Below, in pieces: positions 15,041-22,994 of a DNA stretch of 23,329 nucleotides. The stretch is from an uncultured virus (IMG/VR IMGVR_UViG_3300044653_000122). Taxonomy: Duplodnaviria > Heunggongvirae > Uroviricota > Caudoviricetes. The notes beneath the pieces were generated by a model. The model searched no databases, had not been told where the DNA came from, and saw nothing but the letters and a program-made list of their open reading frames with translations. Location of the stretch: IMG/VR virus record IMGVR_UViG_3300044653_000122; one strand, 5' to 3'. The translations under genes were made by a program, and so were the position numbers. Positions within the stretch are counted from its first letter, which is position 1. The number at the start of each line of letters is the position of its first letter.

Positions 15041-15873
15041 CCGCCCCCGACCTCTCGGGCGCCCAGAACGATGTCCACCTCGTCCAGCTCTGGCTCGCCC
15101 AGCGGCCCGAAACGACCCGGCGGGTCTATGCCCCCGTAGCAGAGGAGTTCCTCAAGGGGCTGACCATCCGAGAGCTTGACGCAGCGCAGCTCATCGCATG
15201 GTCCGAGGCTCTCCAGGGGGAGCCGTCCACCCGATCCCGCAAGGTGAGCACCATCAAGAGCCTCCTGACCTTCGCGTGGAGGACCGGCTACACGCTCCAC
15301 AACGTCGGCCGCGTCCTCCGCTGCGTCCCCATCCCTTCCAAGGTCGCAGAGCGCATCCTGGAGGAGCCCGAGATGGCCCTGCTCTTCGCAGGGGCCCCCG
15401 AGGGACGGGACCGGACCTTCCTCCGCCTCATGTACGCTACGGGAGCCCGCGTCTCCGAGCTGTGCAAGCTCCGCTGGGTGGACTTCGCTCAGCCTGGCAG
15501 GATGACCGTCCTCGGCAAGGGGGCCAAGAAGCGCACCCTCCTGGTCCCCCAGGCCATCCTCACCGAGGTCCAGAGACTCAAGCCGGCGGGAACGCTCCCC
15601 ACGGCCTTCGTCTTCGTGTCCAAGCGCAACCCCACCAAACCCCTCGACCCCAGGGATGCCAGGGAGATCGTTTACCAAGCCAAGCGGCGGTCTAAACTCG
15701 ACCGCAAGGCTTCCCCTCATGTACTTCGCCATTCACACGCGACGCACAGTCTCGACCATGGATGCCCCATCCACATCCTTCAGCAGTCTATGGGCCATGC
15801 ATCCGTCGCTACGACCTCTGTCTACCTTCACGTTCGCCCGAACAAGGGGTCTTCCACCTACATCAAAATCTGA
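15037..15873 (+). CDS. tyrosine recombinase/integrase, XerC/D-like (278 aa)
   Basis: Complete catalytic set: TGARVSE (R), GKG (K), HVLRH (HxxR), MGH, SVY (Y). Confidence 0.95.
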   Translation: MTAPDLSGAQNDVHLVQLWLAQRPETTRRVYAPVAEEFLKGLTIRELDAAQLIAWSEALQGEPSTRSRKVSTIKSLLTFAWRTGYTLHNVGRVLRCVPIPSKVAERILEEPEMALLFAGAPEGRDRTFLRLMYATGARVSELCKLRWVDFAQPGRMTVLGKGAKKRTLLVPQAILTEVQRLKPAGTLPTAFVFVSKRNPTKPLDPRDAREIVYQAKRRSKLDRKASPHVLRHSHATHSLDHGCPIHILQQSMGHASVATTSVYLHVRPNKGSSTYIKI

Positions 15874-16364
15874 CGCAAAAGCTCCGCGGATAACTCCGAG
15901 GGGGCTTTGGCACGGGAATTTCCCTTACCTGGACGGAAATACCGTGCCCAATTTGCGTGCCAGAATTTCGCGTCGATGATCGAGCGGGGGCTTGGCATCT
16001 GACCATCAGCGAGCGTCCCATCACCCGGTTATTGGGAGGGCCCCCTGCCCCTTTGCTCGGTTTGTCTGCTTGCTGTTTGCTGTGGTTGGGAGGGAGGGCG
16101 TGAGGGACGGGGCCCCCTGGGGGGCTGTCCTTGCTTGCTGTTGAAGACGGTGCATTCCCGGAGAGGCGCTCTCCGTGGTCTTGCTAGCCTGGGGGCTTAC
16201 GGCACGGCTTGTCCCCAGGGGAGGCCCGTTGAGCTTTGGAGGGTCCTGCCCCCTTGGTTTGGCGGTTGTGGTTTGGCCTGTAGGGGAGGATGAGCTGTTG
16301 ACGGGTGTCCCCCGGTCCCTCGGGCCCCCTGTGGGCCTTTCCTGTCTTCCCTGCCTGGATGGTT

Positions 16365-16390
16365 TTGATCGGCCGTCCTCTTGGTTGTAG
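16365..16390 (+). promoter_or_regulatory. TTGATC-N14-TTGTAG motif copy
   Basis: ATG 7 nt downstream. Confidence 0.75.
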
Positions 16391-16397
16391 GAGGGTT

Positions 16398-16631
16398 ATG
16401 GCTACGGACCGTATCGAGTACCAAGCGAAGCTTGCCCACAAGAATGCCAAGGCCAAGTGGGGTGATGGCTGGCGGTTTCTCTCCAGGGAGCAGCGGGAGG
16501 GGGCTGTAGCGCTCCAGATCGTGGCTCTTTTGGTGGGTCAGGACGAGGAGAGCGCTTCTCCGGGAGTGCGTCGTCTTCAGCGGATTGCCGAGAGTGCGAT
16601 GGGGCTTGTCGCTTCGCCGAGCGAGGTTTGA
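16398..16631 (+). CDS. hypothetical protein (77 aa)
   Basis: Motif-linked ATG. Confidence 0.7.
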   Translation: MATDRIEYQAKLAHKNAKAKWGDGWRFLSREQREGAVALQIVALLVGQDEESASPGVRRLQRIAESAMGLVASPSEV

Positions 16632-16812
16632 GCTAAGGGGTCTGAGCCCTTTGTTTCCGGCTCTTCACCTGGTCTGTGGGTTCCCTGGGCCCGGGGTTGA
16701 GCTGTTTGTTTGGCTTTCCTGGGTGGAGGTTGGGAGGGCCCCATCTGTGGGCTTTTCTTCTGCTTCTGCTTAGAGCAGAGACGCTGCCCCCGCCCTGGTG
16801 TAGAAGCCCATC

Positions 16813-17010
16813 GTGGACCCGTGGGATGATACCGAGGACGAGTGGACCGAGCGGATCAAAGCAGCTCATCCGTCGAGGAGCGGCTCCCACGAGGAGTACG
16901 CCACGGCTATGCGCATGGTCGGCAACAGGCGGTCGAAGGGGGCGCTGGTTGAACTCGTGAACTGGCTCCTCGTCGAGAACAAGAAAAGGCCCTCAGCTCC
17001 TCGAACCTAG
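16813..17010 (+). CDS. hypothetical protein (65 aa)
   Basis: ORF track; TGGTGTAG 9 nt upstream. Confidence 0.65.
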   Translation: MDPWDDTEDEWTERIKAAHPSRSGSHEEYATAMRMVGNRRSKGALVELVNWLLVENKKRPSAPRT

Positions 17011-17062
17011 CTTCTAGCCTCCATGGGCTGGTGGGCCGGTGGCCGGTGGTGTAATCTCAGCC

Positions 17063-17236
17063 ATGGCAACCGAGACCGTGCTTCTGGCCCGCCGCATGTC
17101 CGAGATTAGCGCCAAGCTTCCGCCGGAGGATAGGGCTGTGCTGGAGGAGGTGTGGGTTCGGATGGAGCACGGCGAGACGGACGCGGGCTTTTGGAAGGCG
17201 AAGTACAACGGGACCTGGCCTGAAGCTCAGCGATGA
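17063..17236 (+). CDS. hypothetical protein (57 aa)
   Basis: ATG 8 nt after TGGTGTAA. Confidence 0.6.
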   Translation: MATETVLLARRMSEISAKLPPEDRAVLEEVWVRMEHGETDAGFWKAKYNGTWPEAQR

Positions 17237-17400
17237 CCTCTTCGGGCCGATTCGAGCAATGAGGTTCTGGGCTGCCCCCGTCCTTGTTTTTTTGGGGCTT
17301 GTGGGTTCCCTGGGGGATTCGTGACGATGGAGCCTGTCGTCCATTCCACAGCTACCCGAAGGGGTACAGCCGGCATCGTCACGAACGGGGCGGGGGTGGC

Positions 17401-17754
17401 CTACAGGTCGGGTTGTCGGAGGCGGTTCCAGACGGAGGGGGCGGGTGGGGATTCGGAGAGGGTGGTTTGGGTCTTCAGGGCATCTGGGACGAGGTCGAGC
17501 AATTCGGCTACGAGCTGGAGGGCGAGTTTTTCGGCGGCGTGTTGGGCAGCTTGGTAGGTGGTGAAGCTGGAGCGGCTGGAGCGGCCTGGGGTGCTGGTGG
17601 AGCCGATGTCGACGTAGAAGGTCCAGAGTTCGTAGCGGTAGACGACGGAGAGGTGGATATTTTCGCCGAAGGAGGCGACCCATTGGGAGAGGCCGGGGCG
17701 TTCTTCGTTGGAGATCCAGGGGGCGCGGAGGGCCCACCGAGGGCGCCATCGCAC
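17401..17754 (-). CDS. hypothetical protein; start uncertain
   Basis: Distal part of ORF 17401..17877 is protein-like. Confidence 0.5.
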   Translation of the reverse strand: MRWRPRWALRAPWISNEERPGLSQWVASFGENIHLSVVYRYELWTFYVDIGSTSTPGRSSRSSFTTYQAAQHAAEKLALQLVAELLDLVPDALKTQTTLSESPPAPSVWNRLRQPDL

Positions 17755-17842
17755 TCGGCGTCGAGGACCCCATGAAACCCGGGCCCGTCGTTGCCCCCCG
17801 CCACAGGTGAACCGGCGCCGGGTGCCGGTGTAGACGCCGGGC

Positions 17843-18055
17843 ATGAGCAACCGAATCGAGCTGCACGAGTTCTTCAAGTTGGTGGCGCACTACTACCCGC
17901 ACTCGTCCCCCTGGACGAAGACGTACGACGAGATGGTGAGCTGCGTGCTCCAGGCGTCTGGATGCGCGACCCTTCTGGACGCCATCGAGAAGGCGAAGAT
18001 CGACCGGGCGACCGCCAACATCGCCGTCGTGGTGGTGGCGCCGGTTACGTGGTAG
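17843..18055 (+). CDS. hypothetical protein (70 aa)
   Basis: ORF track; CGGTGTAG 9 nt upstream. Confidence 0.65.
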   Translation: MSNRIELHEFFKLVAHYYPHSSPWTKTYDEMVSCVLQASGCATLLDAIEKAKIDRATANIAVVVVAPVTW

Positions 18056-18074
18056 TGGGGCTTCATGGTAGGGC

Positions 18075-18350
18075 TCATGCGATTTGGTCGCCAGTTTCGG
18101 GGTCGTAGCACGTCAAGTAGGCAGGTGAGTCGCCATCCGTTGAGACTCGACAGCGCATCCCACACTCAGGGCAGGTGTCCTCGTCCCCGTCGTACCAGAG
18201 GGGTTCAGGTTCCTCGGTGCACTCACCCGTAGTTTTTCGTTCTTCGTGGCAACCGTCTTCGCAGGCAACGCAGTCAAAGCCAGACGACTTTACGGCTGGG
18301 GTGTTGCAGTTCGGGCACTCAAGGAAGGCTTCGTACGATTTGTCGACCAT
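18075..18350 (-). CDS. acidic Cys-rich zinc-ribbon protein (91 aa)
   Basis: CPNC, CVAC, CPEC. Confidence 0.7.
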   Translation of the reverse strand: MVDKSYEAFLECPNCNTPAVKSSGFDCVACEDGCHEERKTTGECTEEPEPLWYDGDEDTCPECGMRCRVSTDGDSPAYLTCYDPETGDQIA

Positions 18351-18446
18351 CAGGGCCCCTTGTTTTGTGGGAGACTACACCGAAGCTCGAAAGTCCTTGT
18401 GGGCCGCGGTGTGATGGTTCCTGTGCCTGTGGAAAGAGTTGGTCCT

Positions 18447-18662
18447 ATGAAGTTTTCCGAGCTGGAGGCGGTGGTGGTACCTGAGGAGGGCGGGTACGTG
18501 GCCGTCTGGTTGGAGCGGGACGTAGTGGGGCAGGGGAAGACGCCGGAGCGGGCGTTGGAGAACCTGTGGGTAGCGGTGCTCATTCACGAGGCGGTGGATT
18601 TGGAGGAGGGGCGAGTGCCGTTCTCGGAGCTGCCGTTGCCGCCTGAGGGTTTCCGGGCTTGA
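18447..18662 (+). CDS. HicB-like antitoxin domain protein (71 aa), no adjacent HicA
   Basis: EEGGYVA...QGKTPERALENL matches the HicB N-terminal pattern. Confidence 0.65.
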   Translation: MKFSELEAVVVPEEGGYVAVWLERDVVGQGKTPERALENLWVAVLIHEAVDLEEGRVPFSELPLPPEGFRA

Positions 18663-18823
18663 AAAGGCGAAGGCCCCCACGTCCTTTTGGGAGAAGGAGC
18701 CTTCGAAGGCAACATCACCTACGTTTGTCGGACGGTGCCGTTGTTCACGGTTCACGGTCGGTTCCGGCAGGGCCTCGACATCTTTGTGGTGGGGTCAAGC
18801 CCCCTGGTGTGGGTTTCGAAAGC

Positions 18824-18852
18824 AAAAAAGGGGCGCATTAAGGCGCCCCTTT
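18824..18852 (-). terminator. intrinsic terminator, possibly bidirectional
   Basis: AAAAAAGGGGCGC-ATTAAG-GCGCCCCTTT. Confidence 0.75.
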
Positions 18853-19106
18853 GAGCAAATCTCCGAACTCCAGGTGCCGAATCATCTGATTCGGGCAAGC
18901 CACACCGGACATCCTCCGCTGAACGGGCTAGTCCGGGGACCGCAAACTTGCGGCCGAGTTGCGGCGCACTTTTCAGTACGGCGTCGTGCCAACGTGATGT
19001 TGGATTCGCTAGATTTTAGGAAGCCTTAGCAACGGGTTTACACCTTGTCAACGCTGGCTGGTGTCTGTCCACCCTCATCTATGTTGTGGTGGGCGGAGCT
19101 GGGGAT

Positions 19107-19778
19107 TCAGACGGTCTCTTCTGGCTCCCAGGCCTCCGAGAACTCCCGGTCAGCGAAAAGCGCAGCGAGTCCAGTGATTTGCTTGAGTCGCAGCACCTCG
19201 TCCGGTTGCATCCCCAGCTCCGCTTGGATTTGTTCATCGGTCCATCCAGCGACATAGAGCATTCTCACCAGGTCGCTCATCACGTCGACTGCATGTTCGC
19301 CACGGGCCCGGTTGTACTCGATGGTCGCAGCGATTCTTCCCTTGAGGTCCGCTCGATCGACGGGGAGGCGAGTGACGGGGAGGTATCCATGGAGGCGCTC
19401 ACAAAGCTCGGGGTGGGAGGCCCCCAGTCTTCGTCGATGCATCCCGTCGACAACGATATCGACCTCGTGCCCCTCTTCATCCGTTGTGGCGTGGGTGACG
19501 ACGGGCATCCCGACGCCGTTCTTGAGCATGGAGTGCTCCAAGAGCCCCATTTCCGGCTTGGCAACGAAGTTGGGGTTACGGTAGTCATCGTACCCTTGCA
19601 CCCGTTCCTTGGGGATCCAGAGGACGAGATCCACAGGTTCCTGGAACGGGGACACACTGTGCAGGGCAACTCGCACCGAGTTCAGAGCGTCGACGCGATT
19701 CTCTAGAGGCAAGCTCCCGATGATTTCGGTGAGCTGTGCGGTCAGGGCCTCCAGGGGTGTGGGCTTGGTTGAACTCAT
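19107..19778 (-). CDS. ibrB: IbrB/YbdM-like ParB-domain protein (223 aa)
   Basis: EPVDLVLW, NPN, IVVDGMHR, GYLPV, NRARGEH, ELGMQPDEVLRLKQITGL, FSEAW. Confidence 0.9.
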   Translation of the reverse strand: MSSTKPTPLEALTAQLTEIIGSLPLENRVDALNSVRVALHSVSPFQEPVDLVLWIPKERVQGYDDYRNPNFVAKPEMGLLEHSMLKNGVGMPVVTHATTDEEGHEVDIVVDGMHRRRLGASHPELCERLHGYLPVTRLPVDRADLKGRIAATIEYNRARGEHAVDVMSDLVRMLYVAGWTDEQIQAELGMQPDEVLRLKQITGLAALFADREFSEAWEPEETV

Positions 19779-20147
19779 GAACGTGTCTCCCGCCGCATAT
19801 ACCATCCTCCGGGGCCGCGTTTCCAGTTGGCGAAGCCAGCCTTTTCGTGGGTTTTCCTTGATGCGTCGTTCGTGTCTGGAATGAACGCGACGCACACCCG
19901 CTCTGGGTGAGAGGCGTAGTAGGCTTCGACGAGGCCCTTTCCGCGGTAGTCCGGCAGGACGAAGATGGGGCCGTGGCGCCAGCCCATCTTCGTTTCATGG
20001 GGCGTCACGAAGCCCACGACCTTCCCCCCTATGAAGGAGGGCTTCCCGCCGTTTGCTACACAGGAAGACCCGTCCTCGGAGGCCAGGCTCCTGCATCGCG
20101 AGACGAACGATCTCCTCCGGGATCTCCGGCGACTTTACAGACCCCAT
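19775..20147 (-). pseudogene. GNAT-family acetyltransferase, split by a frameshift at the C6 run 20024-20029
   Basis: IFVLPDYRGKGL (motif A) and NDASRKTHEKAGF (motif B); N-terminal part lies in another frame. Confidence 0.65.
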
Positions 20148-21382
20148 TTGGCCCTTCGTTTCCTCATGATTTTCCGATAGTTTTCGTACGAGGTTTCGGA
20201 ACTCCTCTGTTGGGAGAAGCCCAACCTTCGGCACATCCGGTCATTGAGAAGGATCGTCTTCGCTACGCGTCTCCACGTGGGGGCTTTTCGTTTAGCCTCG
20301 ACGTCGTAAGGCGCCTCGTCGATCATCTCCATCCCGCGTTTCTCCCGCCACCACTGGCGGTGGACCGCGATCTTGTTCTCAAAGTGTTCCCGTTCTCCAG
20401 CCGGGAGCGAGTCGAGCAAGAACCGGACATAGCTTTCCCAGGTCGGGTGGCTCTTGGGGAGCGTGACATGGCCGTTACCGAGGATATTCCCCCGCTTCCC
20501 CGCGTAGATCGCCCCGTAGTTTGCACCCACGACACGAGCGACGACTTTGTTCCAGGTCTCTGGCTCGATCACGTGCCACATGGCGAGCCCACGCCGCTGG
20601 TCGTCCCCGTACGGTTGGCAGATGCGCATGAGGTGGATGGAGAGGCCCGCCTTGTACATCGCGTCGTAGAGAGGGGGGTAAGGGAGCTTCGTCTTCCCGT
20701 AGTACGTCCAAACGTCCTCTGTCGCCCAGTCGAAGATGGGGTAGACGTTGAAGAGCCCTCCGCCCTTCCAGGCGGTCCACGCCTTTCCCTCCAGGCGACT
20801 CTTCCGATCTCGGGCGATGGCCCGCCAGCGATTGAGGCTCTCTCCGGTGCGAATCCCGACGAGGCAAGCCGTTGCTTCGTCTCCCCCATACCAGTGACCG
20901 AAGAACTCCACGAATTCCTCGAATTCCTGTGCACAGCGCTTGCCTTCCTTGTTGGTCCAGGGGGGGACGTAGAAGGGGTAGCGTGTTCCGTCGACGGTGG
21001 CTACGGGGGGAGGTTCCCGGATCCACTGTTCCCGGGCCTCGGGATCCCAACAGACCCAATAGGGTTGGGCCATGGATACGGCGTTCCGGAGGTGCAGCGG
21101 AAGGGCTACCCAGTGTGGATCGATCACATCCGCATAGAGTCGGAACATTTCTTGGACGAATGCGATCGTCGAAGCGTACTGCCCCTCAAGATCGACATAG
21201 AGGACGCCCACCTTCCGGCCCCGCCGTCTCGCCTCTTGGCAGGTGAGGTGCATCATCACGCCGGAGTCTTTCCCCGACGGTCCAGAGAGGTAGACCTTCG
21301 GGAAGGTGTCAAACGTCCAGGCGATGCGCTCCTTGGCGGCTTGGAGGACATCGATTCCGAGGGAATGCTTGGCGACCTTCAC
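20135..21382 (-). CDS. ibrA: IbrA/YbdN-like PAPS-reductase-fold protein (DUF3440), 415 aa
   Basis: SGKDS loop, YVDLEGQY, LVGIRTGESLNRW, YPIFDW, MRICQPYG, APTWRR. Confidence 0.92.
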   Translation of the reverse strand: MKVAKHSLGIDVLQAAKERIAWTFDTFPKVYLSGPSGKDSGVMMHLTCQEARRRGRKVGVLYVDLEGQYASTIAFVQEMFRLYADVIDPHWVALPLHLRNAVSMAQPYWVCWDPEAREQWIREPPPVATVDGTRYPFYVPPWTNKEGKRCAQEFEEFVEFFGHWYGGDEATACLVGIRTGESLNRWRAIARDRKSRLEGKAWTAWKGGGLFNVYPIFDWATEDVWTYYGKTKLPYPPLYDAMYKAGLSIHLMRICQPYGDDQRRGLAMWHVIEPETWNKVVARVVGANYGAIYAGKRGNILGNGHVTLPKSHPTWESYVRFLLDSLPAGEREHFENKIAVHRQWWREKRGMEMIDEAPYDVEAKRKAPTWRRVAKTILLNDRMCRRLGFSQQRSSETSYENYRKIMRKRRAKWGL

Positions 21383-22002
21383 GGCTCCATCTCCGAGAGC
21401 GTTGGAGGAGACTCAGGATCAAACAACCGGAGCGCTTCTTTCTGCGTCAGCCGCACGATCCGATCCCCCTCGACAGTGAGAAGTTTGCGGTCGCCCTTCT
21501 CCCCCACCTCGTACACCCGGCCCGGCCAGAGACGGTAGTGACGTTTGCCATCGACGACGACCCAGCCGAGTCGACGGGGCGTTCCGAGACCAGCAACTTC
21601 GGCGACCCAGGGACGATCATCGGGATCATCCCGTACTTCGAGGACTCTTGCCGGTCCGGCGGCACCTTCGGCGATAGCAAGCGCTTCGTCGGGAGTTCTC
21701 TCAATCATCCGACCCCCGATCAGGGAGTAAAACTCGCGAGCGACGTATCGTTTGCTCGATTTTCCACGGCATCGACTCACCTCGTAGAGGTTACCGTCGT
21801 GGAGGGGGAAGGTTGCGACGACACCGTACAGGTTACCGCTCCATGCCGCGTGGGCGTTCTTCCAGTCGTTCATCGCCTTGACGAATTCTCGTCGGAGCCC
21901 GAACCGTTCCGGATCGACACCGACGATCTTGGCCACCCACGGCTTTGGGGGCGGCCCGCCGTGGAAGTGGCCGTCGATCTCGATCTTGTACATCTTGAGC
22001 AT
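21379..22002 (-). CDS. hypothetical protein with duplicated PWVA..G motif, first gene of the ibr operon
   Basis: KPWVAKIVG and RPWVAEVAG; stop overlaps the ibrA start. Confidence 0.8.
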   Translation of the reverse strand: MLKMYKIEIDGHFHGGPPPKPWVAKIVGVDPERFGLRREFVKAMNDWKNAHAAWSGNLYGVVATFPLHDGNLYEVSRCRGKSSKRYVAREFYSLIGGRMIERTPDEALAIAEGAAGPARVLEVRDDPDDRPWVAEVAGLGTPRRLGWVVVDGKRHYRLWPGRVYEVGEKGDRKLLTVEGDRIVRLTQKEALRLFDPESPPTLSEMEP

Positions 22003-22095
22003 AGTCTACGACTCGCACCCCTCTTACCGCCGGGCGTATCCAGGATCAAATCGTATATACACCCGTGGGAGCCGTGGGAGAGGGCTTTGCCCCTG

Positions 22096-22470
22096 CTAGT
22101 AGATCGCCTTGCTCGCATCCTCGGGAGTGAAGGAGCCGGGGTTGGCTTCCCACTTGTGTCGGATGTCCCAGGGGGACATGACCTGATCGCAGCGGGCGAC
22201 GTTGTTGATCTCGATGACGAACCGGCCCTTCTTCGTAGTGACGATGCCCCTCACGAAGGCGTGGGCGATTCTCTGGACCCCGAACTGGACGGACGTGTTG
22301 CTCGGGCAGGCGCCGAGCTTGGTCGAGGACCAGGGGAGGTCGGGCATCCAGCGGTACTGGGAGCGTGCGCCGCCTTTGGGGCCTTGGTCGACCTTGATTT
22401 CGGCTCCGCAGCGGGAGCACCGGCCCATGTTTTCGGGGTACGTCTCGGGGAAAACCCAGTGGTGCTTCAT
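22096..22470 (-). CDS. hypothetical protein (124 aa)
   Basis: ORF track; variant TTGATC motif at 22476-22502. Confidence 0.7.
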   Translation of the reverse strand: MKHHWVFPETYPENMGRCSRCGAEIKVDQGPKGGARSQYRWMPDLPWSSTKLGACPSNTSVQFGVQRIAHAFVRGIVTTKKGRFVIEINNVARCDQVMSPWDIRHKWEANPGSFTPEDASKAIY

Positions 22471-22506
22471 GCTCTCTATACCGTCGAGGCCCCGGGGATC
22501 AAATTT

Positions 22507-22872
22507 TCAAGGGCATCGAGAGCTGTGCTCCTGCGAGCCGCATGTGCCAGAGGGGGATCTCTGGTTCCAGTACAAGCAGCAGCGAGTTACCATGGTGTCG
22601 GTTGAACTCGCGTTGATTTGCGTTACGGATGAGCGTACTGGGGGGGGGGGGACTTCCAACCTGGTCTCCGCCACCCAGTAGGTCATGTTTCCCCGCACGA
22701 TCTTGGTGCCTACGGGGATCCGGTCGTGTTGAACAAGCCAGACGGGCATTGGACCTCCTCCCGGGTCAATCCACCACGAGCATCGGGATTCCAGCTCTTC
22801 GTCCGAAGGTCGGAATTCTCCAGCCTCCAGCCTCCAGGTGCGAGCTGAGGGGTTCGTACCCCTCCCCCACAT
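22507..22872 (-). CDS. hypothetical protein containing a 12-nt homopolymer tract
   Basis: ORF track; G12 at 22640-22651 encodes VPPPP on the minus strand. Confidence 0.5.
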   Translation of the reverse strand: MWGRGTNPSARTWRLEAGEFRPSDEELESRCSWWIDPGGGPMPVWLVQHDRIPVGTKIVRGNMTYWVAETRLEVPPPPVRSSVTQINASSTDTMVTRCCLYWNQRSPSGTCGSQEHSSRCP

Positions 22873-22994
22873 TCATATCTCCAGGCTAAGTTGGCCACGC
22901 TCAGCCCTGAACAGCTCGCCTCTGAGGTGCGCTGGTGCGGGGATGGGCGGGGCGGAGTCGTCTTCTGACTCGATTTCCTCGAAGAAGACTATGT

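Noticed and set aside
13619..15873. Classical integron (attC array plus IntI)
   Set aside because: ATCTAAC fits RYYYAAC but no matching GTTRRRY closes the hairpin, and the 278-aa recombinase shows no evident IntI-specific insertion
12493..18681. Identical 16-mer GGCGAAGGCCCCCACG at 12493 and 18666
   Set aside because: Both copies are the left arm of post-gene hairpins; best explained as a reused terminator arm
19907..22605. Long plus-strand ORFs of 543 aa and 355 aa as possible Cas effectors
   Set aside because: Antisense shadows of the ibrA operon and neighbours in GC-rich DNA; no RuvC or HEPN motifs seen
22888..22898. TTGGCCAC as a degenerate extra CRISPR repeat end
   Set aside because: Out of register with the 72-74 bp array period and no other repeat similarity
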